Position numbers and translations under genes: made by a program
The notes under the pieces: model-generated
Databases searched by the model: none
What the model was told of the DNA's origin: nothing
Seen by the model: only the letters and a program-made list of their open reading frames with translations
Source: Candidatus Omnitrophota bacterium
GTDB taxonomy: Bacteria; Omnitrophota; Gorgyraeia; Tantalellales; Tantalellaceae
DNA length: 64,000 bases
Assembly (NCBI GenBank): GCA_007135805.1
Contig: SLID01000099.1
Coordinates: 1,882 to 65,881 of the forward strand
Reading direction: 5' to 3'
Shown: positions 38,858 through 49,139 of the stretch, piece by piece
Layout: each line of letters starts with the position of its first letter
Numbering within the stretch: position 1 is the stretch's first letter

Positions 38858-39361
38858 ATGGCCACGGTTTACATGGGGATAGGTTCCAATCTCGGGTCGA
38901 GACGTGACAATTGCCTTGAATCCCTGAGAAGGATAAACGCGCTAGCCGGCGTGGAGGTAAGAGAGTGTTCAAGTTTCTACGAGACGATCCCGGTAGGGGG
39001 CCCTCCCCAGCCTGTGTATTTGAATGGAGTGGCGCGAATTGAGACTGACATCGCGCCCTTCGCTCTTCTGAAAAGTTTCAAGGAGATCGAAAAAGAAATG
39101 GGCCGGGAAGATACCGGTTCAAAGAATCAGCCCCGTGTCATAGACCTGGACATCCTTTTGTACGGCGACTTAGTGATAAAATCCCGGGAGATAACCGTAC
39201 CTCATCCTGAAATGCACAGGAGGTATTTTGTTTTAAAGGGGCTTGCCGAAATATCGCCGGATGTTACGCACCCGGTTATAAAAAAAACCGCTCTCGAGCT
39301 TTTAAAGCTGGCTATATGTCCGGAAGACGCTTTTCAGACGAGACGAGGAACAGGAAAGTGA
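38858..39361 (+). CDS. folK: 2-amino-4-hydroxy-6-hydroxymethyldihydropteridine diphosphokinase
   Basis: GIGSNLG, PRVIDLDIL, VPHP.M..R.FVL. Confidence 0.96.
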   Translation: MATVYMGIGSNLGSRRDNCLESLRRINALAGVEVRECSSFYETIPVGGPPQPVYLNGVARIETDIAPFALLKSFKEIEKEMGREDTGSKNQPRVIDLDILLYGDLVIKSREITVPHPEMHRRYFVLKGLAEISPDVTHPVIKKTALELLKLAICPEDAFQTRRGTGK

Positions 39362-40227
39362 ATGTAATAGTATCCCCAGAGGAAATGAAAAGATTTTCAC
39401 AAGCATGTCGGGACTCGGGAAAGCGTATAGGCCTTGTCGCTACTATGGGCTCTCTTCACGAGGGACATCTCAGTCTTGCGCGTTCATCACTGTCTGAATG
39501 TGACGTTACGGTTGTAAGCGTATTCGTGAATCCCTGCCAGTTCTGTCCGGGTGAAGATCTTGAAAAATACCCCAGAGATATGGAGAAAGACAGAGCTTTG
39601 CTGGAGAAGGAGGGGGTAGACGTTCTTTTCGCGCCCGATGAAAGCGAGATGTACCCCGGGGGGTACTCCACTTTCGTCGAAGTAAAAGGGCCTGTGTCTG
39701 AAGCGTTGTGCGGAGCTTCACGGCCGGGTCATTTCAGCGGAGTATCAACTGTTGTGGCCAAACTTTTCAATATCACATCTCCGCATATAAGTTATTTCGG
39801 ACGGAAAGACGCCCAGCAGGCCGCGGTCATAATCCGCATGGTCAGGGACCTCGATATCGATGTCGATATCCGGGTTATGCCTGTTGTAAGGGAATCTGAC
39901 GGACTGGCGATGAGTTCGCGTAACAATTATCTTTCGGAAGAGGAGAGGGGACGGGCTTCTGTGGTGTATAGGGCCCTGGAAAAAGGCAGGAAAATGGCGG
40001 TATCGGGAGAAACAAAGGCCGGGAAGATACTCGAGAAAGTGAAGGATGTGATAATGACAGAAAAGGGGATCTCGATAGATTATGTTGAAATGGTCGATTC
40101 TCTTGAAATGACCCCTTTGGAAAAGCTTGAGACCAGGGCCCTTATAGCCGTCGCGGTCAGGATCGGGCAGACCAGACTTATAGACAATGTGATAATCGAC
40201 GCGCCGAACCAGGGAGGGAAGAATTGA
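39358..40227 (+). CDS. panC: Pantoate--beta-alanine ligase
   Basis: TMGSLHEGH, SVFVNP.QF, RPGHF.GV, KDAQQ, GLAMSSRN, RLIDN. Confidence 0.97.
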   Translation: MNVIVSPEEMKRFSQACRDSGKRIGLVATMGSLHEGHLSLARSSLSECDVTVVSVFVNPCQFCPGEDLEKYPRDMEKDRALLEKEGVDVLFAPDESEMYPGGYSTFVEVKGPVSEALCGASRPGHFSGVSTVVAKLFNITSPHISYFGRKDAQQAAVIIRMVRDLDIDVDIRVMPVVRESDGLAMSSRNNYLSEEERGRASVVYRALEKGRKMAVSGETKAGKILEKVKDVIMTEKGISIDYVEMVDSLEMTPLEKLETRALIAVAVRIGQTRLIDNVIIDAPNQGGKN

Positions 40228-41162
40228 TCAGACCGGAATTTGACGCGAAATACAAGGAACACCTGCAAAGAAAGATAAAAGAGCTTAAGAAGTCCTGCGG
40301 AGCGCTACTGGTAGCCCATAACTATCAGCGTGACGAAATACAGGAAATAGCGGATATTGTGGGCGATTCCTACGCTCTTGCCCGTGACGTGAAACTCGCC
40401 CCGGAGAAAACGATAGTTTTTTGCGGAGTGAAATTTATGGCGGAAAGCGCCGCTATGCTCAGCCCCGAAAAAACGATACTGCTTCCCGTGGAGGAGGCGG
40501 GTTGTCCTCTGGCCGATATGGCGACTGCCGACAAACTGCGCAAGAAAAGGGAACAATATCCCGAGGCCGCGGTTGTGTGTTATGTGAACTCGACGGCGGC
40601 GGTTAAAGCTGAAAGTGATATTTGCTGTACTTCGTCGAACGCCATACAGGTAGTAAAGTCTATGAAAGAGGATAAGATCATATTTGTGCCCGACAAGAAC
40701 CTTGGACGGTATGTGCGTGAACATGTTCCCGAGAAGGAACTTATACTGTGGGACGGCTATTGTGTGGTCCATATGCGTCTTACTCGCGAAGAGGTTATCA
40801 CAACAAAACAGCTTTATCCCGGAGCCGAGTTCATCGCCCACCCTGAATGCCGGCGGGAAGTCCTGGAAGAGGCGACCTATGTCGGCAGTACGGCCGGTAT
40901 GCTCAAGTACGTCGGGGAAAGCCCCTCTGAAGAATTCATAGTAGGTACTGAGCCCGGGATAATCTACAGGATGAAAAGGAACAATCCCGAAAAAAAATTC
41001 TATATTCCGACTGACCAGTTTATCTGCGCCAATATGAAACTTACGACGCTTGGTTGGGTAGCGCGTTCTCTTGAGAAACAGATATACAAGATAGAAGTCC
41101 CGGAAAATGTCGTGAAAAAAGCCCGCCGGACACTCGAACGCATGATAGAGGTGGTTAAATGA
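40224..41162 (+). CDS. nadA: Quinolinate synthase
   Basis: AHNYQ, GDS, FCGV.FMAE, YVNS, CTSSNA, AHPEC; three Fe-S Cys. Confidence 0.97.
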   Translation: MIRPEFDAKYKEHLQRKIKELKKSCGALLVAHNYQRDEIQEIADIVGDSYALARDVKLAPEKTIVFCGVKFMAESAAMLSPEKTILLPVEEAGCPLADMATADKLRKKREQYPEAAVVCYVNSTAAVKAESDICCTSSNAIQVVKSMKEDKIIFVPDKNLGRYVREHVPEKELILWDGYCVVHMRLTREEVITTKQLYPGAEFIAHPECRREVLEEATYVGSTAGMLKYVGESPSEEFIVGTEPGIIYRMKRNNPEKKFYIPTDQFICANMKLTTLGWVARSLEKQIYKIEVPENVVKKARRTLERMIEVVK

Positions 41163-41974
41163 CAAAGAAAAAAATTATTGGTATCGTGGGATGCGGGTCG
41201 ATTGGCTCAGCCCTGGCCTTGAAAGCCGACGAGTCTATGTCAGACAGGGTTTCGGCCCTGGTGCTTTTCGATAAGGACGCGCCTAAGGCATTGGAACTGG
41301 CTTCGGCTGTCGAGAGGTCCGAAACCGCGGGTTCGGCGTCACGCGTCGCTGAAATATCGGACATCGTGGTGGAGGCGGCGCATCCGGACGCGGCCCCGGG
41401 AGTGCTGGATCTTGCCGTAAAAGCCGGTAAGGACGCCATGATACTCAGTATCGGGGGGCTCATCGGACATGAACGGCTTCTCGCCGCTGCGTCCTCCGCT
41501 GGGATAACGGTCATAATGCCTTCAGGGGCCGTGGCGGGAATAGACGCGGTCAAAGCCGCTAAAATAGCCGGAATAAGTTCTGTAACGCTTACCACGCGGA
41601 AATCTCCGGCTTCCCTGGAAGGAGCGCCCTACATAAGGGATAAGGGCATAGACATCGGTTCTATAAAAGGAGAGACCCTTATATTTGAAGGCAGTGCCCT
41701 GGAGGCCGTCGCGGCTTTCCCCCGCAACATAAATGTTTCGGCCCTGCTGTCTATTGCCGGTATGGGTCCCGAGCAAACAAAAGTGCGGATAGTGACATCC
41801 CCGGAATATAGCCGCAACACCCATGAGATAAGGGTCCAATCTGCCGCCGGCAAATTCACTTTTATCACGGAGAACGTACCTTTTCCATCAAATCCCAAAA
41901 CCAGCCATCTGGCCGCGCTTTCGGCTATAGCCGCGCTGGAAGAATACCTTTCGGGAATACATATCGGAACATAA
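41159..41974 (+). CDS. nadX: L-aspartate dehydrogenase
   Basis: GCGSIG, SGAVAGID, FEGSA.EA...FP.NINV, NPKTS.LAALS; coupled to nadA. Confidence 0.92.
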   Translation: MTKKKIIGIVGCGSIGSALALKADESMSDRVSALVLFDKDAPKALELASAVERSETAGSASRVAEISDIVVEAAHPDAAPGVLDLAVKAGKDAMILSIGGLIGHERLLAAASSAGITVIMPSGAVAGIDAVKAAKIAGISSVTLTTRKSPASLEGAPYIRDKGIDIGSIKGETLIFEGSALEAVAAFPRNINVSALLSIAGMGPEQTKVRIVTSPEYSRNTHEIRVQSAAGKFTFITENVPFPSNPKTSHLAALSAIAALEEYLSGIHIGT

Positions 41975-42180
41975 AAAATAAGGATAGCGACCGTTTTTTG
42001 AGGTCAAAGGTTACTGGTTCGGAGAAAGCCCCCCCGAAACGGCTAAAGTAGGGTGTAATTCTAATTAGATCCTCCGCCAGGCGTAATTTTATAAAAAGAA
42101 GTTTTCAAAGGCCATGTGACAACTTCCTTTGCGGTGACAAGGAACGACGGGATCTGCTACATGGTTTCTCATTTTATCTC

Positions 42181-42308
42181 TATCACGCTGCCGGCATCTT
42201 ATTAGCGGCGGCATTGTGAAGTTTCGCGATGAATAGCGGATATTCCCTTCGAGGGGCGCTCGATTTCCCCGGCGAGGAGATCTTCGCGCGACGCACTTCC
42301 TCGCTCTT
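42181..42308. repeat. ~129-bp dispersed structured repeat, copy B
   Basis: Aligns with 22881-23009 at ~79% by hand; lies between direct repeats CGACGGGATCT (42145-55 and 42330-40). Confidence 0.85.
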
Positions 42309-42366
42309 ATAAAGGTTGTGATCTTCTTGCGACGGGATCTAGTTAGAGATCAGAGATCAAATATTC

Positions 42367-42395
42367 TTGACACCGTAAAAACTCCATGATAAGTT
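42367..42395 (+). promoter_or_regulatory. Promoter of the Na/Pi cotransporter
   Basis: TTGACA, 17 bp, TAAGTT with extended -10 TG. Confidence 0.55.
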
Positions 42396-42450
42396 ATGCC
42401 TGCCCAGAGCGTAATTTTCAAAAAACTCAAATATCATCGGGGTAAAAACC

Positions 42451-44169
42451 ATCGTTCTTAATCTTGCTTTCAACATAATAGGCGGCTTGGGCCTCTTCTT
42501 TTTGGGCATGCAGACAATGTCCGAGGGGCTCAAGAATATGGCCGGTGCCCGTCTCAAGGGTATACTCAACATGGTCACAAAAGTGCCCATAATGGGTGTC
42601 TTCGTGGGTGTCCTGGTCACTACTCTTGTTCAGTCTTCCAGCGCCACTACCGTGCTTGTGGTAGGGTTTGTGAACGCGGGTCTCCTGGTACTCAGGCAGG
42701 CCATAAGCGTGATAATCGGGGCCAATATCGGCACTACGGTCACCGCGTGGCTGGTTTCCACCATTTCTGTTATAAACATAACGCATTATGCTTTGCCCGC
42801 CATTGGGATAGGTTTCGGCATGCAGACACTGGGCAGGACCAAGCGATTAAGGTTTTTCGGCCAGGTTCTTACGGGTTTCGGTATGCTCTTTATGGGGCTT
42901 GGTTTCATGAAGGACGGTTTCGAGCCTTTCCGGCAGAGCGAGTATGTCAAGGATCTTTTCATGACTTTCGGGGACAGGCCCATGCTCGGGATCGTTGCGG
43001 GTACCGTAGTCGCCATGATCATACAGAGTTCCAGCGCGACCATAGCCATTGTGCAGGTAATGGCTTTCAACGGACTTATAGGTTTTCCCGCGGCTATAAC
43101 GCTTATGCTGGGAAGTGACATCGGTACTACCATAACCGCCCAGCTGGCGTCCATAGGCAGTAATCTTGATGCCAGGAGGGCCGCGATGGCGCATACATTG
43201 TTCAACCTCATCGGTGTAGCGGTAATAATGGTCTTCGTTTACAACGGAATGTTCATAAGAGCGATAAGGTTTGTTTTCCCGGGGGAAATAACTCCGGTGA
43301 ACGTGATGTTTTACATAGCTGTAGCCAATTCTCTTTTCAAACTTATAAGCGCGATGATCTTTCTGCCGCTTTTAGGATACTTGGAGAAAGCGGTTATCTT
43401 TCTGGTCCCAAGGAAGAAGGGCGCAATAGATGTGGGGCCGAAATATCTCGACAAATATCTTCTGGATACGCCCCCTATAGCCGTTGAACAGGCCAGAAAG
43501 GAGACAGTGCGCATGTTGAATCTGGCCGGCCGGTCCGTTTCTACCGCCATGAGGGCCTTTTTTGATAACGATTCTTCCGTTTCAAAATCCATAGAGACAT
43601 TTGAACAGGCCGTGGACAACCTTCAGGCCGCTGTGACCCAGTACCTTGTGACACTTTCCCAGAGAGACCTTTCCGAAGAGATATCCGAGCAGCTCCCCGT
43701 TCTTATTCACAGCGTTAACGATATCGAAAGGATAGGGGACCATGCAGAAAACATAATGGAGTTGGTGGAAAGAAAGGTGGAGGGAAAGCTTCCTTTTTCG
43801 GACGATGCTATAAGGGAACTCAGGATGATGTGGAATGAACTTTCCGGCATGATCCTTGAGACCGAAGATTCCCTCGAGAAAAACGATCCCGAGAGTGCCT
43901 TAAAAGTCCTGGATAGGGAGCGGAACATCAACGGCTACCAGGAAAGCCTTAAAAAAGCTCATGTCGACAGGTTGAACACCGCTTGCTGTCAGGTAATATC
44001 GGGGGTTGTTTTCATGGATCTTGTCGACAACCTTGAGAAAATAGGCGATCACCTTACCAATGTGGCGCAAGGCGTTATCGGTGAGATGCGCTGGCATGGG
44101 AAAGGTACGGGTTTCAAGTCCGAGATGATCCGCGATGCCTCAGCAGGGAAAAGTCCGGCTCCAGCCTAA
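42451..44169 (+). CDS. Na+/Pi cotransporter family protein with PhoU-like C-terminus (probable ATC start)
   Basis: GGLGLFFLGM, two QSSSAT repeats, GANIGTT/GSDIGTT, ERIGDH/EKIGDH PhoU motifs. Confidence 0.93.
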   Translation: MVLNLAFNIIGGLGLFFLGMQTMSEGLKNMAGARLKGILNMVTKVPIMGVFVGVLVTTLVQSSSATTVLVVGFVNAGLLVLRQAISVIIGANIGTTVTAWLVSTISVINITHYALPAIGIGFGMQTLGRTKRLRFFGQVLTGFGMLFMGLGFMKDGFEPFRQSEYVKDLFMTFGDRPMLGIVAGTVVAMIIQSSSATIAIVQVMAFNGLIGFPAAITLMLGSDIGTTITAQLASIGSNLDARRAAMAHTLFNLIGVAVIMVFVYNGMFIRAIRFVFPGEITPVNVMFYIAVANSLFKLISAMIFLPLLGYLEKAVIFLVPRKKGAIDVGPKYLDKYLLDTPPIAVEQARKETVRMLNLAGRSVSTAMRAFFDNDSSVSKSIETFEQAVDNLQAAVTQYLVTLSQRDLSEEISEQLPVLIHSVNDIERIGDHAENIMELVERKVEGKLPFSDDAIRELRMMWNELSGMILETEDSLEKNDPESALKVLDRERNINGYQESLKKAHVDRLNTACCQVISGVVFMDLVDNLEKIGDHLTNVAQGVIGEMRWHGKGTGFKSEMIRDASAGKSPAPA

Positions 44170-44236
44170 GCTTATTTCCTATCCAGAACGCGGAAATAAA
44201 GGCCTCGAACTCTTGAAAAAGGCAGTATCGAGCGGG

Positions 44237-44265
44237 TTGACAAACCCTATCCCCTTTAGTATTAT
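44237..44265 (+). promoter_or_regulatory. Promoter of guaB3-dnaE
   Basis: TTGACA, 17 bp, TATTAT. Confidence 0.7.
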
Positions 44266-44316
44266 ATCCATCAAACATTATCATATTTAGCGCGGCCAAC
44301 ACGAACGGAGGTCTCA

Positions 44317-45477
44317 ATGGGGATGTGGGTAGGTATAGGGAGAAAAGCTAGAAGAAGTTACGGGTTTGACGAGGTCGCGCTCGTGCCTGGCGAACTTACC
44401 ATAAATCCTAACGATGTGGACACTTCCTGCGAGATAGGAGGTATAAAACTACAGGCCCCGATAATGGCTTCTTCGATGGACGGGGTCGTTGACGTCGATT
44501 TTGCCATCGCTATGGGCAAGCTGGGAGGTATGGCGGTGCTGCATCTGGAGGGTATAGCTACGAGGTATGAGGATCCTGCCGCCGCGATCGACAAGATAGT
44601 GAACTGCGACACCAACGAGTCCACCGAGATAATACAGAAAGTCTATTCCGCTCCGGTAAAAAAAGAGCTCATCCAGAAAAGAATAAAAGAGATCAAGAAA
44701 GCGAAAGTTCCTGCTGTTGTAAGCTGTAATCCTCAGGTGGCTGGTAAGTTCGGGCCTATCTCAAGGGATGCGGGTTGTGATATTTTCATTATACAGTCGA
44801 CGGTCATAAGTGTGCGCCACGAGTCTACGGAATACAAACCACTGGATCTCAAGAAGTTCTGCAAAGAAATGGAAATGCCCGTACTTTTAGGCAATTGCGT
44901 TGATTATAACGCCGCGTTGTCACTTATGGATACCGGGTGTCAGGGGCTTTTCGTCGGTATAGGCCCCGGAACGGCCTGTACATCCCGCGGGGTTCTCGGA
45001 ATAGGGGTTCCCCAGATAACGGCCACATGCGATTGCGCCGCCGCCAGGGATTTTTACTACAAAAGAACGGGAAGGTATGTTCCCATAATAACTGACGGCG
45101 GTATGGCTACGGGAGGAGATATCTGTAAGGCTTTCGCCATCGGCGCGGACGCTGTCATGCTTGGTAACGCTTTTGCCAGGGCCGAGGAGGCCCCAGGAAG
45201 GGGATATCATTGGGGAATGGCCCTTCCTCATCCCTCTTTGCCCAGAGGAACACGAATACAGGTAGGCACTTCAGGAACTCTCGAAGAAATACTCTACGGG
45301 CCCGCCCGTCTTGACGACGGCACTCAGAACCTGGTAGGGGCTCTGGCTACCAGTATGGGGAATCTCGGTGCCCGCGACATACGGGAGATGCAGCAGGTCA
45401 ACATGGTGATAGCCCCTTCTATACAGACGGAGGGGAAAGTCTATCAGACCGCCCAGCGCGTTGGGATGAGAAAGTAG
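44317..45477 (+). CDS. guaB: GuaB3-family IMP dehydrogenase-related protein (no CBS domains)
   Basis: IGRKARRSYGFDEVALVP, GIGPGTACTSRGVLGIGVPQ, HWGMA, LPRGTR. Confidence 0.9.
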   Translation: MGMWVGIGRKARRSYGFDEVALVPGELTINPNDVDTSCEIGGIKLQAPIMASSMDGVVDVDFAIAMGKLGGMAVLHLEGIATRYEDPAAAIDKIVNCDTNESTEIIQKVYSAPVKKELIQKRIKEIKKAKVPAVVSCNPQVAGKFGPISRDAGCDIFIIQSTVISVRHESTEYKPLDLKKFCKEMEMPVLLGNCVDYNAALSLMDTGCQGLFVGIGPGTACTSRGVLGIGVPQITATCDCAAARDFYYKRTGRYVPIITDGGMATGGDICKAFAIGADAVMLGNAFARAEEAPGRGYHWGMALPHPSLPRGTRIQVGTSGTLEEILYGPARLDDGTQNLVGALATSMGNLGARDIREMQQVNMVIAPSIQTEGKVYQTAQRVGMRK

Positions 45478-45540
45478 CGCTCCCCGTTGGATCCGGTTTT
45501 TGCCCCTGTTTTTTGATCTTGAACCTTCCAAAATTTGTCT

Positions 45541-48500
45541 ATGAAAACCGCTAAACAGTCTGACTTCGTGCATCTGCACGTCCATACTCAGTTCAGTCTT
45601 CTTGACGGCGCGTGCCGTCTAGATGATCTTGTAGCTATGTCAAAAGAATATGGCATGACCTCCTGCGCCATAACCGATCACGGCAACATGTTCGGCGCCG
45701 TCGAATTCTATGAGAAAGCCCTCAGCGCCGGAATAAAACCTATAATAGGTTGTGAGGTATATGTAGCGCCTGAAAGCAGGTTTGATAAGACCAGCCACGG
45801 CATAAGAGGGGCGGGCTATCACCTGGTGCTTCTGGCAAAGAACAATACCGGTTACAGGAACCTGATGGAGATCGTTTCGCTTGGATACCTTGAGGGATTT
45901 TATTACAAGCCCAGGGTAGATAAAGAAGTGCTTTCCAGTTGTTCGAAGGGGCTCATAGCGCTTTCCGCCTGTCTCAAGGGAGAGGTTGCCCACTTCCTGG
46001 CGTCCGACCAGTGGGACGAGGCGAAACGAGTCGCCGCGGAATACTCGAATATCTTTGGTAAAGATAATTTCTACCTTGAACTGCAGGATAACCAGATCGA
46101 TGAGCAGAAAAAGGTCAACCAGGCGCTTATACGCCTCTCCGAGGCGACTGGCATAGACATAGTGGCGACTAGTGATGTCCACTATATCGACAGGAAAGAC
46201 GCCAAGGCGCACGACGCGCTTTTGTGTATCCAGACCCAGACCACTGTCGAGGATCCCAACAGGATGAGATTCCAGACCGACCAGATGTATTTCAAATCCC
46301 CGGCGGAGATGGAAGAACGGTTCTCTTTCGCACCCCAGGCGTTGAGGAATACTGTCAGGATAGCGGAAAGATGTAATGTTGAGATGGATTTCAACGAGAC
46401 ACACCTGCCCGCTTTTGACCCTCCGGAGGGGAAAGACACCGATGTTTTTTTTGGAGAGCTTGTCGCCTCGGGTATAAAAAAACGCTACGGAAAGGTCACT
46501 CCCGAGATAAAAAAACGGGTCGACCACGAGATAAAGATAATAAAGGATTCGGGGTATACCAGCTATTTTCTGATAGTCTGGGATTTTATCCGTTATGCCA
46601 GGACGCGTGATATCCCGGTCGGGCCCGGTAGGGGGTCGGCGGCGGGCAGTATCGTAAGCTACGCTCTGGGCATAACTGACCTCGACCCGTTGAAGTACGG
46701 GCTTATTTTTGAGCGGTTCCTGAATCCGGACAGGGTTTCCATGCCTGATATAGACATAGATTTCTGTTTTGAAAGAAGAAGTGAAGTTATAGAGTATGTA
46801 ATTGAAAAATATTCCAAAAGCAATGTCGCGCAGATAATAACCTTCGGTTCGATGATGGCTAAAGGCGTACTCAGGGATGTGGGAAGGGTAATGGGCGTTC
46901 CTTACGCGGAAGTCGACCGCATAGCCAAACTTGTTCCTAATGATCCCGGCATTACTCTTGAAAAGGCCCTGGAAATAGAACCCGAACTTAAAACAAAGTA
47001 CGAAGAAGACCCTGTGGTCAGACAGGTCATCGATATTTCCCGTAGATTGCAGGGCCTCAACAGGCACGCTTCCACACATGCCGCGGGTGTTGTTATATCG
47101 GATAAACCTCTCATAAAGCGCATCCCGCTTTTCAAGACGGCGGACGACCAGGTAACGACCGGTTTCGCGATGAATTCACTTGAGAAGATCGGTATGCTTA
47201 AAATGGATTTTCTAGGGCTTAAGACGCTTACGGTCATAGATCAGGCGGTAAAGATCATAAAGAGGACTCGCGGGATCGAGGTAGATCCCGAAAGTATACC
47301 TCTAGATGACGGCCCTACATTCGATCTTCTGGCAAGGGCTGATACAGGGGGCGTTTTCCAGCTTGAGTCGGGGGGGATGAGGGATTTGTTGAGAAAACTC
47401 GTCCCAGGACGTTTCGAAGACCTTATAGCCATTCTGGCCCTCTATCGTCCCGGACCTATGGGCAGCGGCATGATAGACGATTTTATAAAGAGGAAACAGG
47501 GCGATATTAAGGTGGTGTATGACCATCCCATCCTTGAGCCTGTTTTGAACGAGACCTACGGTATAATCGTTTTTCAGGAACAGGTCATGCGCATAGTTTC
47601 GGATATGGGTGGGTTCACCATGGCCGAAGCCGATAGTGTGCGTAAGATAATGGGCAAGAAGATAAAGGATCCCGACAAGCTTGATGAGATACGGTCCAAA
47701 TTCCTGTCCGGCGCTTTAAAAAGGAAGGTTGACGTTTCCACCGCCGGCAAGGTATGGGACTTTATCTCACATTTCGCGGGCTATGGTTTCAACAAGTCGC
47801 ATTCCGCCGCTTACTCGATGATAAGTTACAGGACGGCGTATCTCAAAGCGAATTATCCCGTTGAATTCATGACAGCGCTTCTTACGAGTGAAAAAGACAA
47901 CAGCGACAAAATATCCAGTTATATAAACCAATCTGTGCGGATGGGTATAGACATTTTGCCTCCCGATGTAAATGAGAGTTTCAGGGATTTTACGGTAGTG
48001 GGAGGAGACATAAGGTTTGGTTTGTCAGCGGTAAAGAACGTCGGGGAAGGGTCCGCCGACGCGATCATTGCCACCAGGAAGGAAACCGGACGGTACGAAT
48101 CCATATTTGATTTCGCCATGAAAGTTGACCCGAGGTCGGTGAATCGTAAGGTTCTGGAAAGCATGATAAAGTGTGGGGCTTTCGATTCTACCGGGATAAA
48201 ACGCAGCCAGGCCATGGCCGTACTGGATAAAGTGATGGATGTGGCACAGAAAGCTAATAAGGACAGGAACACCGGACAACTTTCATTTTTTGACGATGGG
48301 GTGGCTGACGACAGCTTCAAGGACACCTTTTACGATGTGCCTGATATTGAGGAATGGCCCGAGCATGAACTCCTTAACAACGAAAAAGAAATGCTCGGAT
48401 TTTACATTACTAAACATCCCCTTGCACGGTTCGAAAAATTGCTTAACGCTTATTCCACATGCAGGATACCTGAGATGGTTTCCATGTCCGACGGCCAGGA

Positions 48501-49002
48501 GATCCTTCTTGGAGGTATAATAAACAAGGTCAAGGTGACCGTTACGCGGAAAAAGGGCGAGAAAATGGCCATATTCGCTCTCGAGGACCTCAACAATTTT
48601 GTAGAGGTACTGGCTTTTCCAAGGACATATGCTAAATTCCCCGACATGATCAAGGAAGATGCCCTTGTCTATGTGTACGGAAAGGTCAACCGCAGAGAAG
48701 AGGAACCAAAAGTGATCGCGGAAGACATAATCCCCTTGGAAAAGGTGAAAGAAAAGTACACGAGATCCGTATTGATAAAACTTTCCACCACAGGTCTGGA
48801 AGAGAATATGATGATGAGGATAAAGTTCTGTATACAGAAATTCACGGGCAAGATACCTGTGCTCGTGGACCTTTTTTCTCCTGACGGCCGCAAGATAAGG
48901 ATTTCCGTGGATGAGGGGCTTTTTGTAAATCCCACCGATGAGCTTTTGACATCATTGGAGAACATAGTTGGGTCTGGCAATGTCAAATACCTTACCAGGT
49001 AA
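45541..49002 (+). CDS. dnaE: DNA polymerase III alpha subunit with apparently intact PHP metal ligands
   Basis: HLHVH..FSLLDG, TDHG, GCE, LSAC, SDVH; GRGSAAGS, MPDIDIDF, GYGFNKSHS. No intein evident. Confidence 0.98.
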   Translation: MKTAKQSDFVHLHVHTQFSLLDGACRLDDLVAMSKEYGMTSCAITDHGNMFGAVEFYEKALSAGIKPIIGCEVYVAPESRFDKTSHGIRGAGYHLVLLAKNNTGYRNLMEIVSLGYLEGFYYKPRVDKEVLSSCSKGLIALSACLKGEVAHFLASDQWDEAKRVAAEYSNIFGKDNFYLELQDNQIDEQKKVNQALIRLSEATGIDIVATSDVHYIDRKDAKAHDALLCIQTQTTVEDPNRMRFQTDQMYFKSPAEMEERFSFAPQALRNTVRIAERCNVEMDFNETHLPAFDPPEGKDTDVFFGELVASGIKKRYGKVTPEIKKRVDHEIKIIKDSGYTSYFLIVWDFIRYARTRDIPVGPGRGSAAGSIVSYALGITDLDPLKYGLIFERFLNPDRVSMPDIDIDFCFERRSEVIEYVIEKYSKSNVAQIITFGSMMAKGVLRDVGRVMGVPYAEVDRIAKLVPNDPGITLEKALEIEPELKTKYEEDPVVRQVIDISRRLQGLNRHASTHAAGVVISDKPLIKRIPLFKTADDQVTTGFAMNSLEKIGMLKMDFLGLKTLTVIDQAVKIIKRTRGIEVDPESIPLDDGPTFDLLARADTGGVFQLESGGMRDLLRKLVPGRFEDLIAILALYRPGPMGSGMIDDFIKRKQGDIKVVYDHPILEPVLNETYGIIVFQEQVMRIVSDMGGFTMAEADSVRKIMGKKIKDPDKLDEIRSKFLSGALKRKVDVSTAGKVWDFISHFAGYGFNKSHSAAYSMISYRTAYLKANYPVEFMTALLTSEKDNSDKISSYINQSVRMGIDILPPDVNESFRDFTVVGGDIRFGLSAVKNVGEGSADAIIATRKETGRYESIFDFAMKVDPRSVNRKVLESMIKCGAFDSTGIKRSQAMAVLDKVMDVAQKANKDRNTGQLSFFDDGVADDSFKDTFYDVPDIEEWPEHELLNNEKEMLGFYITKHPLARFEKLLNAYSTCRIPEMVSMSDGQEILLGGIINKVKVTVTRKKGEKMAIFALEDLNNFVEVLAFPRTYAKFPDMIKEDALVYVYGKVNRREEEPKVIAEDIIPLEKVKEKYTRSVLIKLSTTGLEENMMMRIKFCIQKFTGKIPVLVDLFSPDGRKIRISVDEGLFVNPTDELLTSLENIVGSGNVKYLTR

Positions 49003-49042
49003 GGGGCGGGCAAGAACGGACAGGCCGACGCGGCATAAAAAG

Positions 49043-49071
49043 TTGACACAAAGTGTAACCCGTGATAGCAT
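49043..49071 (+). promoter_or_regulatory. Promoter of HU/IHF-hisS-aspS
   Basis: TTGACA, 17 bp, TAGCAT with extended -10 TG. Confidence 0.65.
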
Positions 49072-49139
49072 AAGGACTTAAGTTTTTAGAGTGGATCGGC
49101 AGCGACTTAAAAAGAGAAAATCGAAGGGAGGTAGAAAGG

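Noticed and set aside
45640-47079. Long antisense ORFs (479 aa here; also 8624-9757, 26547-27737, 60955-62358, 4780-5793, 3468-4355)
   Set aside because: They lie exactly opposite well-conserved genes and have no recognisable motifs; typical shadow ORFs from codon bias.
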